Below, piece by piece: positions 10,321 through 20,480 of a DNA stretch of 28,150 bases. Location: positions 1 through 28,150 of the forward strand of contig NW_021836586.1 in the NCBI RefSeq assembly GCF_006345805.1. The letters run 5' to 3'. The notes beneath the pieces were generated by a model, which saw only the letters and a list, made by a program, of their open reading frames with translations, did no database searches and was not told the origin of the DNA. Source of the stretch: Octopus sinensis (taxonomy: Eukaryota). A program made the translations under genes and the position numbers. Numbering within the stretch: position 1 is the first letter of the stretch; the number at the start of each line of letters is the position of its first letter.

Positions 10321-10504
10321 TCCTTTCTTTCTTGGTAGAAGACTTAATGTACCGCCCGGTTCAGTATCACAACTCTGTTCGGTTCTGGAGTGCATTTATT
10401 TACCACAGTCCATTTTGGCCAAGTCTCAGATCAGAGGATAAAGTTGCCTTCTTTATTATATGTGTTATATATATATATATATATATATATTATGCATATG
10501 TGTA

Positions 10505-11345
10505 TACGTACACCACACAGGTCCCTCATGTATTTTGAGGATATTGAAGAACTGTGAGCTCTTGAAATCCAAGCTGTTGCAGTATCTGGTCCTGTACTTT
10601 GATGGCAATGCTGATATCTTTGGCTCTGTGTAATGGCATCCCGTTCTGCTGTTCGTGTAACTTTCAATGCCAAACTTTGGTACAAGGCCTTCTAGGATTT
10701 TCCAGATATATATCACTACACATCTTTCCTACCTTCTGTTCGTGCAACTTTCAATGCCAAAGTTTGCTACAAGGCTTTCCAGGATTTTCCAGATATATAT
10801 CACTGTACTTCTTTCCAGCCTTCGTTCTAGAGAGAAGAGTTTTAATTCTTTCAGTCTTTCTCAGTAGCTGATACTTTGCACTGAGACGATTTTCTTAGTG
10901 TAGCTTCGTTAGATTGCTTCTAGTTGCGCTGTTAGTTTTATATGGTGTGGTGACCATAATTGGGCGCAGTAGTCAAAGCGGCTGAGGACGTATGCCCTCC
11001 AAAGGATCAGCAATGTCTCCTTTTCTCTTGTTTTGAAAGTTCGGAGGATCTATCCAGCTAGCCGTCTGCATTCTATTACCGAATTAGTAATATGCACTTG
11101 GAAAGATGCATCATTGCTCATTCCAACGCCGAGGTCACGCACTGATTTTGATTCAGGGATTGCAGTTCCTCTCGGACCAGTGTATCCTGTCTGCATGACA
11201 TTCAGTTTTGTGTAGTGGTAGCGCAAGGCTTGGAATTTTCTTGAATTAAACTGTATGTTGTTGTACTTAGACCACCTGTATATGGCGTCCAACTCCCGTT
11301 GCAGATGTACAATATTTCCAGGATTTTGTAATGCCTGAGAAATTT
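10505..11345 (-). mobile_element. CR1/L2-group LINE fragment (RT thumb and C-terminal region), inactivated
   Basis: One frame reads KISQALQNPGNIVHLQRELDAIYRWS...FNSRKFQAL...VRDLGV...LAG*ILRTFKTRE...YVLSRFDYCAQLWSPH...SY*ERLKELKLFSLERR...VIYIWKILEGLVPKFGI. These are typical post-YADD motifs of this LINE group, with three in-frame stops. Confidence 0.93.
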
Positions 11346-11591
11346 ATGTGTGTGTGGGAGTGTGCTTGTGTGTCTGTGTGTGTATGTGTGTGTGTGTGTG
11401 TATGTGTACGTGTATTCACACAAAGTAGGTACACGCGCACTTATCCACACGTGCAAATATTTTTAATTTTTCTTCCTCTTCTATACTTTGAATAAATTTG
11501 ACATGTGTGATAGACATTGTGTTAAAATAATGATCATGCTACAAACCCACATATAGAGACCATATGCGCACACCCACACACATATTAACAT

Positions 11592-11644
<53 letters not shown>

Positions 11645-12091
11645 TATACATCGGTACGCATACACAATTACACACACGTATACACACACTTTTGCATACA
11701 CATTTACACGCATACAATACTTTCTTAAATGAAACAGTTTAAGTTAATTTAGAGATTTTTATCTCGGGGGAATTTTAAAAATTCCTTTTTTATTATTTAC
11801 ATACAACTTTATTCACACTTGACTAGCCACATATAACTACATATGTGTATCTGTTTACATGTATATGCATATGTATATGTATACATATATACGCACAGAC
11901 AAATATACGTGACTATATGTGTGCGCGTTAGTTTGCGTATGTGTGTATAAACGCATTCATGTAATTTATTAGCACTGTATATCTCTCTAAGTAGACATTG
12001 TCATATACCTTTACATACACACACTTATAAATGTATGTGTCTGTGTGTATATATATATATATAAATACACACACATATATATAGTATATGT

Positions 12092-12122
<31 letters not shown>

Positions 12123-12173
12123 AATACTCACATTTATATATGTATATGTATATATATTATGATATATATAGAT

Positions 12174-12208
<35 letters not shown>

Positions 12209-12270
12209 TTATTTATATATATTATGTGTGTGTGTTGTGTGTGTGTATGTATGTATATTATATATATATA
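11346..12270. repeat. TG/TA/CA microsatellite-rich block
   Basis: Directly visible. Confidence 0.9.
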
Positions 12271-12478
12271 TGTATTGTGACCTCGTGTGTACGTTGGCGA
12301 TTTTTTCCTCTGTCTTCCCTTCTCTGGATCTTTTCTTCTCCTATGTTTCCGACGAAGAGCTCCGCTCGAAACGTTAAAACCCTCTTCTTTCTTTCTTTCC
12401 TGAGCGGCAATAATACTATATTGTTCCACGTCCTCGCGTTGTTTGTTTTTTTGGGCTTTCTTGTTTGGATTAACTTTA
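12271..12478 (+). mobile_element. Penelope-like element terminal (pLTR) fragment embedded in (TA)n
   Basis: Carries a minimal hammerhead motif with a palindromic ACGT stem III, a feature known from PLE termini; flanked by TA arrays. Confidence 0.6.
12345..12380 (+). ncRNA. Putative minimal type I hammerhead ribozyme HH1 (variant core)
   Basis: GTTT-CCGACGA-A-GAGC(TCC)GCTC-GAA-ACGT-T-AAAAC; U4C core variant, palindromic stem III, stem I only 3-4 bp. Confidence 0.55.
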
Positions 12479-12499
12479 TATATATTATATATTATATTA

Positions 12500-12893
12500 A
12501 TAATAAATATTAGGGAATAACCAAAATTACAGAGAAGAAAAAATCAGATTTAGGGTTAAATCCAATTTATAGTAAAATATTAAAAATATATATATAATTC
12601 GAGACAAAACCACTATTTTAAAACCAAACAAGGAAGACTTAATCAATACATAAAATTTTAATATAAATTAAATAAACCGCCACTACAAATGTTTCATGTC
12701 TGCTACCGACAATCTTCTAATCAGTATCAAAATTTGATACTGATTAGAAGATCGAAAATCCACCTGAAAGATTGTCGGTAGCAGACATGAAACATTTGTA
12801 GTGGCGGTTTATTTAATTTATATTAAATTTTATGTATGATTAAGTCTTTCCTTGTTTGGTTTTTAAATAGTGGTTTTGTCTCTAATTATATAT

Positions 12894-12895
<2 letters not shown>
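12500..12895. mobile_element. Penelope-like terminus with inverted partial duplication (long palindrome) and an inner 41-bp hairpin
   Basis: Arms ~12586-12716 and 12768-12895 are near-perfect reverse complements. The inner arms 12712-12731 and 12733-12752 are perfect, and a hammerhead motif overlaps the start of the right arm. Confidence 0.75.
12760..12804 (+). ncRNA. Putative type I hammerhead ribozyme HH2
   Basis: CCAC-CTGAAAGA-T-TGTC(GGTAGCA)GACA-T-GAAA-C(ATTT)G-TA-GTGG; stem I CCAC/GTGG, GUA cleavage triplet, one extra A in the core. Confidence 0.6.
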
Positions 12896-12940
<45 letters not shown>

Positions 12941-13029
12941 GCACACGTATATATATAATATATAGAGAGAGAGAGAGAGAGGTTATGAGAGGTAATGGTG
13001 TCGGTGAGACCCAAAGGTATATATATATA

Positions 13030-13092
<63 letters not shown>

Positions 13093-14101
13093 TAATATTA
13101 TATTATATATATAATATATATATATATATATATTATAATATATGGTAAAAAGAAGTTGCTTATTAATTTGTTGGGTTTGTAACTTTGCTAAAAGAAAGAA
13201 AGCAATTATTAAAGTCTACACTGTCAAGAAAAGTCTCATAAATCCTAATTTTAATACATTTGTTACGAAAATGTGGTTTTCCAAGTTTCTTTTATTATTT
13301 AAAATTTTAACTTCACTACCAAATCATAAAGGTTATTCACTGCAGTATAGTTTAACTTGCAGTGCAAGATAACGTTTTTTAGCATCTTTATTTATACCCC
13401 GGCCTATTTCCCCAACCGTATTTATTTTCTTATAACGTCCTGAAAAATTATATTTTTTTTAAGGAAATTTTTTAAAAATCCGTTTCAGATGTTGTAGATT
13501 ACGATTACACTGAAATTTAATATGGATAAAGAAAGGTAGGGCTTCAATAATTCACGCATTTCGACTTTGTTATCCCATATGTTTTGATGATGTAGATTGC
13601 AACTATCTTTTAAAATATTACTCTTGAAAGCCATGATCACCTTGCTATTTCTAGCACAGCGAATAACATTTGTACCGGGACATGTGATACATAAAAGCTG
13701 ATAAAGCCCGATAAAGCGAAATTGATAACATTTATAATTCTAAATGTTTATCTAATTTATTAAACTAATTATCATTAATAATTACAGAATTTTGTCAAAT
13801 TCACTGAAAGTTTTAGAACTAACCATCTTGTCGTTGCTGTTATCCTGCGTATCACGTGAGTTTCATTCGTTATCAAGGATTTAACTGAATACCACATATA
13901 ATTATCGAAAGATTTAATAAATGAAAGCAACGAATTCACATGAAATAGATTACGTAACGACGGAAAAAACACAAAGATTTTGACTTATCACTTCAGTCTT
14001 ATACTAAATAAATAATTTGTATTCAATTCGCGCTTGCAAATCATAAGTGGAAGCTAATATCACTTGTGTAATTTAGAATGATAAGTGAAGCTCAGCGTGT
14101 G

Positions 14102-14133
<32 letters not shown>

Positions 14134-14178
14134 TACACATATATATATGTATGTATATATGTGTGTGTGAGTGTGTGT

Positions 14179-14541
14179 ATTCTTTTATTTTGTTTGTTTT
14201 AGTCACTTGACTGCGGCCATGCTGGAACACCGCCTATAATCGACCCAAGGACTTATTCTTTGTAAGCCTAGTACTTATTCTATCGGTTTCTTTTGCCGAA
14301 CCGCTAAGTTACGGGGACGTAAACCCACCAGCATCGGTTGTCAAGCGATGGTAGGGGGACAAACACAGATACACAAACACACACACACACACACACATAC
14401 ATATACATACAACGAACTTCTTTCAGTTTCCATCTACCAAATCCACTCACAAGGCTTTGGTCGGCCCGAACCATGTGGATGGTAAGCCCTGAACCATTTG
14501 GTCGGTAAGCAAGCTACTTACTACACAGCCACTCCTGTGCT
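14179..14541 (-). mobile_element. SINE family B, near full length with an internal deletion in the head
   Basis: Colinear reverse complement of 4669-5128, from the tail to ACACAGCCACTCCTGTGC. Confidence 0.92.
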
Positions 14542-14641
14542 TGTATAATTTTAAAAAACTTAACCGGTTCTACTGATTTCTCTGACTTTCAATATTTTAG
14601 ATAGAATGACGTGGAGCTACGTCGCAACTGCCTTCTCTCTT

Positions 14642-14679
<38 letters not shown>

Positions 14680-14694
14680 ACTATATATATATAT

Positions 14695-14762
14695 CTTTTA
14701 CTTTTCACTTGTTCGAGTCATTAGACTACGGCCATGTTGAGGCACCGCCTGGAAGTGTTGGT
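14695..14762 (-). mobile_element. SINE family B 3' tail fragment
   Basis: GAGTCATTAGACTACGGCCATGTTGAGGCACCGCCTGGAAG. Confidence 0.75.
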
Positions 14763-15019
14763 TGGGGTAAGGCTAACAGCTGTAAGTTCGTTTCGACTCT
14801 CTAGAGTTTCCTGCTGCAGCAGTGTATAGATCTATGCGTGTGTGTGTGCGTGTGTACGTGCGTGTGTGTGTGTGTGTGGTTGTGTGTGTGTGTGTGGTTG
14901 TGTGTGTGTGTGTGTGTGTTGTGTTTGTATATATATACATACACACACACTTTGAAATGGATGCTTGGCGTTCAATCGTATAACGATATATAATATATAT
15001 ATATATATAATATAAATCG

Positions 15020-15070
<51 letters not shown>

Positions 15071-15205
15071 TTATATTATATTGAGGGTACTACTATTCGT
15101 AGATACCAACACGCTAAGAGGGACCAATGCGGTCAAAACTACTAAAAATAAACAAAATTTTACCGAATGCAAAACTTCAAAACACATCATTTTAAAAAAG
15201 AATCA

Positions 15206-15271
15206 GTTACATATCACATGTGATTTCGCATTTAAATGCAGAATATGCATTTTTATGTTCATCAGTGCAAC
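15206..15271 (-). ncRNA. Putative type I hammerhead ribozyme HH4
   Basis: The minus strand reads GTTGCA-CTGATGA-[31-nt stem II]-GAA-ATCACATGTGAT-A-TGTAAC. Stem I is 6 bp with one G.U, stem III is a perfect 12-nt palindrome, and the triplet is AUA. Confidence 0.65.
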
Positions 15272-15463
15272 AAACTCAAGAAATATAAGAGAAAAACATA
15301 ACATTACAAGCTCGATAGCCAACCGTAGAATTCGTCGTAGCATGTCCGAATGTTTATCTTTACATATCTATGAAAATGGCGGGCTTATTCGCAATGCATT
15401 TCGGTACAAATTGTCTATTCGGAATAAAAATTCAGTATTGAACTATTCCGGTGAAAAATATAA

Positions 15464-15576
15464 ATTAACAATTGAGGATAAAATCTTTAAAAGAAATTAT
15501 CAGTAGTCAGCGTGAAAAACCTCGAGGTTTTCACGCTGACTACTGATAATTTCTTTTAAGATTTTATCCTCAATTG

Positions 15577-15581
<5 letters not shown>
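15464..15581. repeat. 118-bp spacerless palindrome centred on CCTC|GAGG
   Basis: The arms differ only by two homopolymer lengths (A5/T4 and T3/A2). Confidence 0.97.
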
Positions 15582-15620
<39 letters not shown>

Positions 15621-15699
15621 ATATATATATATGTAATATATATGCATATATACATACATGTATGTAGTACTTCCATATATATGTATAAGTATATGCATA

Positions 15700-16175
15700 T
15701 ATGGGTACAGGATGTCGCAAAACGTAAACAACATGAAATACGAAAACGACATGGATTACGAAATACGAAAACATGAAATACAAACCTGTGTATGCGAACA
15801 ACGAGAGAAACAAATAGAAAACAAGACGAGTAACATAAAGAACGACCTTTCATCAGTTGTCGGCTGGTTACCTACTTCACATTTCGAGCAATTCACGAGA
15901 GTATGTGTCTTCGAGAAACAGTTACTCCCACAAACCAAAATAAAATTTGGGATTTTCGGAGGGTCAAAGCTGGTAACAAAAACAGGACATACAACAAACC
16001 AAACGAAATGAAAACAAACACATGAGGGCCGTTAAGCCAGACGAAGCAAGGTGGATAACGCTGGAAAAATATTCTCTGATAAGAGAAAAGATAGGAGAGG
16101 AGACAGATAAGAATGCGTCTGGTCTGTAACGACAGACTGAAGGAAAAGAAAGATGGACGATGGTCACGTGTGAGC
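15700..16175. mobile_element. Unclassified interspersed repeat (possible retroelement 3' region)
   Basis: Recalled as a common octopus repeat and bounded by microsatellites; no protein motif or internal second copy supports a class. Confidence 0.3.
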
Positions 16176-16334
16176 AACGAGAGAGAGAGAGAGAGAGAGA
16201 GAGTTGCAGGAAATTAGATGTTTTTCAATATTATTGTCAAACATGTGTTTACTATAGAAAATGATGTAGGAATTTGTCAGTTATAAAGACGATTCAAGCA
16301 GTCGACACATCTCATTTAAAATGTTCTCTTCATG

Positions 16335-16465
16335 GTAAAACGTAAAGACGGGACGAAATGGCGCAAAGCATTTCGCCCGGCATGCTACTATTCTGACGAT
16401 TATTATTATTATTGAGTCGATGTATTCGACTTACCGCCTTTCCTGAAATTGCTGGCCGTGAGCCA
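16335..16465. mobile_element. Two short SINE family A fragments in opposite orientation (head on minus ~16335-16400, tail on plus ~16415-16465), then (ATC)n/(ATT)n to 16557
   Basis: AACGTAAAGACGGGACGAAAT...GCATTTCGCCCGGCATGCTA and GTCGATGTATTCGACTT...GCCAAAATTTGAAATC. Confidence 0.7.
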
Positions 16466-16472
16466 AAATTTG

Positions 16473-16515
<43 letters not shown>

Positions 16516-16523
16516 TATTATTA

Positions 16524-16558
<35 letters not shown>

Positions 16559-17085
16559 AACTGAAACTCCTTGAATCATAAACTATGAGTGAGTTTTACA
16601 ACCGCAAACATGAAACTCAGATTTACGATACAAGAAGTTTCATTTAATTATACAAGCGCACACGCGCGGACACACACACATACATATATGTTTGCATTTA
16701 TATATGGGCAATGTTTCGGTGTAAAATATATGACGTCAGTCATGACTGAGTGTGTGTGCGAATGTTTGTTCAGCTCTGTCGAGCAGATGAAACACTACTT
16801 ACTCACGAGATTGCCTATGTATATGTGTATATTAAAGAAGAGTCATAGAGGGATAGACAGATGTAATGAAAGAATATGAGAGAGAGGGGGGAGAGAGAGC
16901 GAAAGAGAGTGAGAGAGAGAGAGAGAATAGATAAAGCTGCAGCAAGTACAGTAGAGACCATTAATTAAAACAAAGAAGAAAGAATGAAAGAATTGTTATA
17001 CAAGCATGAAGCATCTTCTTCACTAACCAGTCACTCCATTGGCTAATAGAACTTATCGACGATATGATAAAACATGTAAAAAGTA

Positions 17086-17605
17086 CCGTAAATCCTAGAG
17101 TATAATCTGCATTTTCCCCCAAAATTTAAAGGTCAAAATCCCTAGTGCGTACTATATACAAGGTTAAAAATGAAAAATATTTTCAAAGTAATGTCCGAGT
17201 CTCTATTTGCTGTCCGGCAATGTTTATTCAGACGCATTTTGTGATGTCGGGCGCGAAAATACCTTAAGCTACGCCTGAAAGCAATGAAGTCATAAAAGAA
17301 TCATCCATAACTTGCAGTAAGCAACATTTATTAAACGTTATTGCTGTTATTACTCTTATTTCTTTATTTTCTGCAAACAAAATGCGCAAAAAAGCTCCAC
17401 GTTTGCATTATGTTATATATAGAATAATAATAAAGGACGTTTCCGTATACAGTTTTACAAACCAAGAACGTTATATAGACCTCCTTGACTCAAGTTAGAG
17501 AAGGGGTGCGTATTATACACAATGTTTAGGTTTTTCAGAAGTACAACCCTCTAAAAATCCCCTGCGTATTATACTCAAGGGCGGACTATGCTTGAGGTTT
17601 TACGG
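17086..17605. mobile_element. pogo/Tc1-mariner-type MITE, 520 bp
   Basis: TA TSDs at 17084-17085 and 17606-17607; TIRs CCGTAAATCCTAGAGTATAATCTGC and CCGTAAAACCTCAAGCATAGTCCGC (19/25 identical); subterminal TGCGTA(C/T)TATA motifs at 17145, 17506 and 17562. Confidence 0.88.
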
Positions 17606-17804
17606 TAGTCATTTCGAGCCAATTGTATAAGAAGCAGATATCTGATTTTAAAAAATTAGTCAGGTTCGCATATGGTTGCTTGGTGTTGCATTGTGTTTTA
17701 TGCTTAAAATTTTATTTACTGTCTTCAACAGCCAATCTGTTGTCGTTATTGTTGTTGTTGTTCAGGTTCTTATTGTTTCTGCTGTTACAGCTATTTCACT
17801 CCAG

Positions 17805-17975
17805 ATCAGTTCTGAGTGGCCAGGCCTACGATGAAAGGCATTCCAGACGTGACCGACCACGTCTTTTGAAAGGGTTCTCGAACTAGACTAGACGATTTAA
17901 TTTTACCTCACTTTATCTAAGGCTCTGAAGTTGTGATTTGAGGAAGTTTTGGTTGTTATTTCTAGCAGGCCGAGT
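17805..17975 (+). mobile_element. Unclassified repeat family D (other pieces ~4590-4650 minus, ~21205-21270, ~26255-26320, ~27095-27310)
   Basis: Shared motifs (C)TATGAT(C/G)AAAGGCATTCCAG..GTGACC and GATTTGAG...TTTGG.TG.TATTTCT.GCA recur within the window. Confidence 0.65.
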
Positions 17976-18004
17976 GGCTTTTGTAGTAGCTGCCATGAAC
18001 AAAG

Positions 18005-18079
18005 TGCGACCCACGGGTATTTCTGAATGGCCTGCCATGTCTCGTGTGGCCCGTTTCTCAAAAAAGTTGCCTACCTCTG
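18005..18079 (-). mobile_element. hAT-type terminal fragment
   Basis: The reverse complement starts CAGAGGTAGGCAACTTTTTT...GGGCCACAC, resembling Charlie/hAT termini; partner end and TSD not found. Confidence 0.45.
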
Positions 18080-18574
18080 GGCTATACGGTCACTCATTAG
18101 CACATCAACAGTTTTAAATGACATTGCAAGAGAATAACATTATCTTACGTGTTGCTCATGTATTTCCATCAAAGTCTTTCGTCATATATCTAAGAGTTGG
18201 CCACCGATATAACAGCTGTTAAAAGTCAATTACTGGTCACTTTTAGTAGATTGTGTGGCATGTGTCTTGGATTTATTTATTATTACTCCTCTCTTTTCTT
18301 CTTGCAGTATTCATCTTTCTTTTCCTTTTCTTCTTCGTTGGCGCCTTTTTAGGTCAAAGTGTATGATAAATCATTCTGAGACGCCATATTTGTGTTAATA
18401 CAAAACCAACTAAAAATAATTATGCCGTTAAGGAAAAAAACAAAACAATATGATTTATTATATTGTTATAAATGATATGTTCATAGAAAATGTTTTGAAG
18501 ATTGTTTATGCTTAGTCTGGATATAATTTTCAGGTGTTCTAAACACTTTTTTTATTATTATACTTTGAGACAAA

Positions 18575-19801
18575 GGCGGTGAGCTGGCAGAAACGTTAGC
18601 ACGCCGGGCGAAATGCGTAGCGGTATTTCGTCTGCCGTTACGTTCTGAGTACAAATTCCGCCGAGGTCGACTTTGCCTTTCATCCTTTCGGGGTCGATAA
18701 ATTAAGTACCAGTTACGCACTGGGTCGATGTAATCGACTTAATCCGTTGTCTGTCCTTGTGTTGCCCCTCTGTGTTGCCCTTGTGGTAGAGGTAAAGAAA
18801 TAGGTATCGTCTGCCGCTACGTTCTGAGTTCCAATTCCGCCGAGGTCGACTTTGCCTTTCATCCTTTCGGGGTCGATAAATTAAGTACCAGTTAAGTACT
18901 GGAGTCGATATAATCGACTTAATTCATTTGTCTGTCCTTGTTCGTCCTCTCTGTGTTTAGCCCCTTGTGGGTAGTAAAGAAATAGATATTTCGTCTGCCG
19001 TTACGTTCTGAGTTCAAATTCCGCCGAGGTTGACTTTGCCCTTCGGAGTCGATTAAATAAGTACCAATTACGCACTGGAGTCGATGTAATCGACTTAACC
19101 CCTTCCAGCAAGTTTCAGGCCTTGTGCCTATAATAGAAATCCTTATTATACTTTAAGACGGCAAGCTGGCGAAACTGTTAGCTCGCCGGGCAAAATTTTT
19201 AGCAGTATTTCGTCCGCCTTTACGTTCCGAGTTCAAATTCCACCGAGGTCGACTTTACCTTTCATCCTTTTGGGAGTCGTTAAAATAAGTACCAGTTTAG
19301 TACTGGGGTCGATGTAATCGACTTATCCCATCCCCTAAAACTTCAGGCCTTATGCCTATAGGAGAGAGGATTAATATACTTTAAGGCGGAGAGTTAGCAG
19401 AATCGTTAGCACACCGGGCAAAATGCTTAGCGGAATTTCGCTCGTCTTTATGTTCTGAGTTCAAATTCAGCCGAGTTCGACTTTGTCTTTTATCCTTTTG
19501 GGATCGATAAATTAAAAACCAGTTGAACACTGGGGTCGATGTAATCGACTACTCCTCTCACCAAATTCCAGGGTTTGTGCCTATATCAGAAATAACTATT
19601 ATGGTGGCGAGCTGGCAAAAATGGACGAAATGCTTAGCGGCAATTCTTCCGGTTTTACGTTCTGAGTTTAAATTCCGCCAAGGTCGACTTTGCTTTTGAT
19701 CCTTTCACGGTCGATGAATTAAGTACCAGTTGAGCACTCTAGGGTTGATGTAATCGACATGTCCCCTTCTCTAAATTTCAGGCCTTGTGCCTATAGCAGA
19801 A
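18575..19801 (+). mobile_element. Head-to-tail array of six SINE family A units from two subfamilies
   Basis: Units at ~18575, ~18803, ~18985, ~19157, ~19384 and ~19603 share GAGTTCAAATTCCGCCGAGGTCGACTTTGCC...AAGTACCAGT...GTCGATGTAATCGAC. The first two have a long TGTCTGTCCTTG tail; the others have a CAGGCCTTGTGCCTATA tail. Confidence 0.95.
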
Positions 19802-19809
19802 GCGCGAGA

Positions 19810-20050
19810 GACAACTGAATACAGTTAAGCAGGCAACGGTACAATTAGGCAACAGTGAACTGGGCAAGCCTGCCAGCCGAAGGAGAAGTGGGCAACAGTA
19901 AACTGGGCAAAGCCAACCAGGCGAGGGAAAACTGGTTAAGGTCAACTAAAAGGCAGAAAACTGGGCAGAGTCAACTAGGCAGCATCAGGATAACGAGACT
20001 GCAGTAAACTGGAAAAAAGCCAAGTGAGCACCAGGACAAGTAGGTGACAG
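19810..20050 (+). repeat. Degenerate minisatellite of AACT(G/A)GGCAA-like motifs
   Basis: AATTAGGCAA, AACTGGGCAA (x2), AACTGGTTAA, AACTGGGCAG, AACTAGGCAG and AACTGGAAAA at irregular spacing. Confidence 0.6.
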
Positions 20051-20480
20051 TATAGTTAGATAATGACTAGCTTTGCTAACAACCAAAGTGATAAGACCGC
20101 TAGGTTTAATCTACAAGATTTTAAATTATCTTTGTTAAGCAAAGATCGAAATTAAAAGTTCTTGATAAAAAATGTTCCACCTGTGACCATATCGGTTTGT
20201 TTTTAATTAAAGATAACTTCGTCTGCGATGTCTTTTATCAAGAGTTCGATTTAAAATGGTAGAATATGAGTTGAAAAAGAATCGGCTGCTGTTTCTAGCG
20301 GTCAGAATGACCACACAAACCACATCTCTCATTGACTCTCAACTGTTGTTTATCCTCAGGTCAGTCTTCATTCAACAGACTTCTAATCAAACATTTACCA
20401 CATATGCGCACTCAGTCTTTAATTCAGGCATAATGTACCCAAGACTACATTATCCGTGACATTCTTTTTCGTTTTTTTAA

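Larger units (their letters stand above)
15076..15581 (-). mobile_element. Penelope-like element 3' fragment with a 5' fold-back palindrome, flanked by (TA)n
   Basis: Hammerhead on the minus strand at 15206-15271, spacerless palindrome at 15464-15581 and TA arrays on both sides. There is weak frameshifted similarity to a PLE endonuclease C-terminus (SSILN..SE/FVPKC.ANK). Confidence 0.6.

Noticed and set aside
15081-15506. 141-aa plus-strand ORF, at first glance GIY-YIG-like
   Set aside because: No intact GIY/YIG motif. The hammerhead and the fold-back geometry indicate that the element is on the minus strand.
15835-15865. CTGATGA on the minus strand as a fifth hammerhead
   Set aside because: No GAAA or stem III downstream, and no consistent stem I in any permutation.
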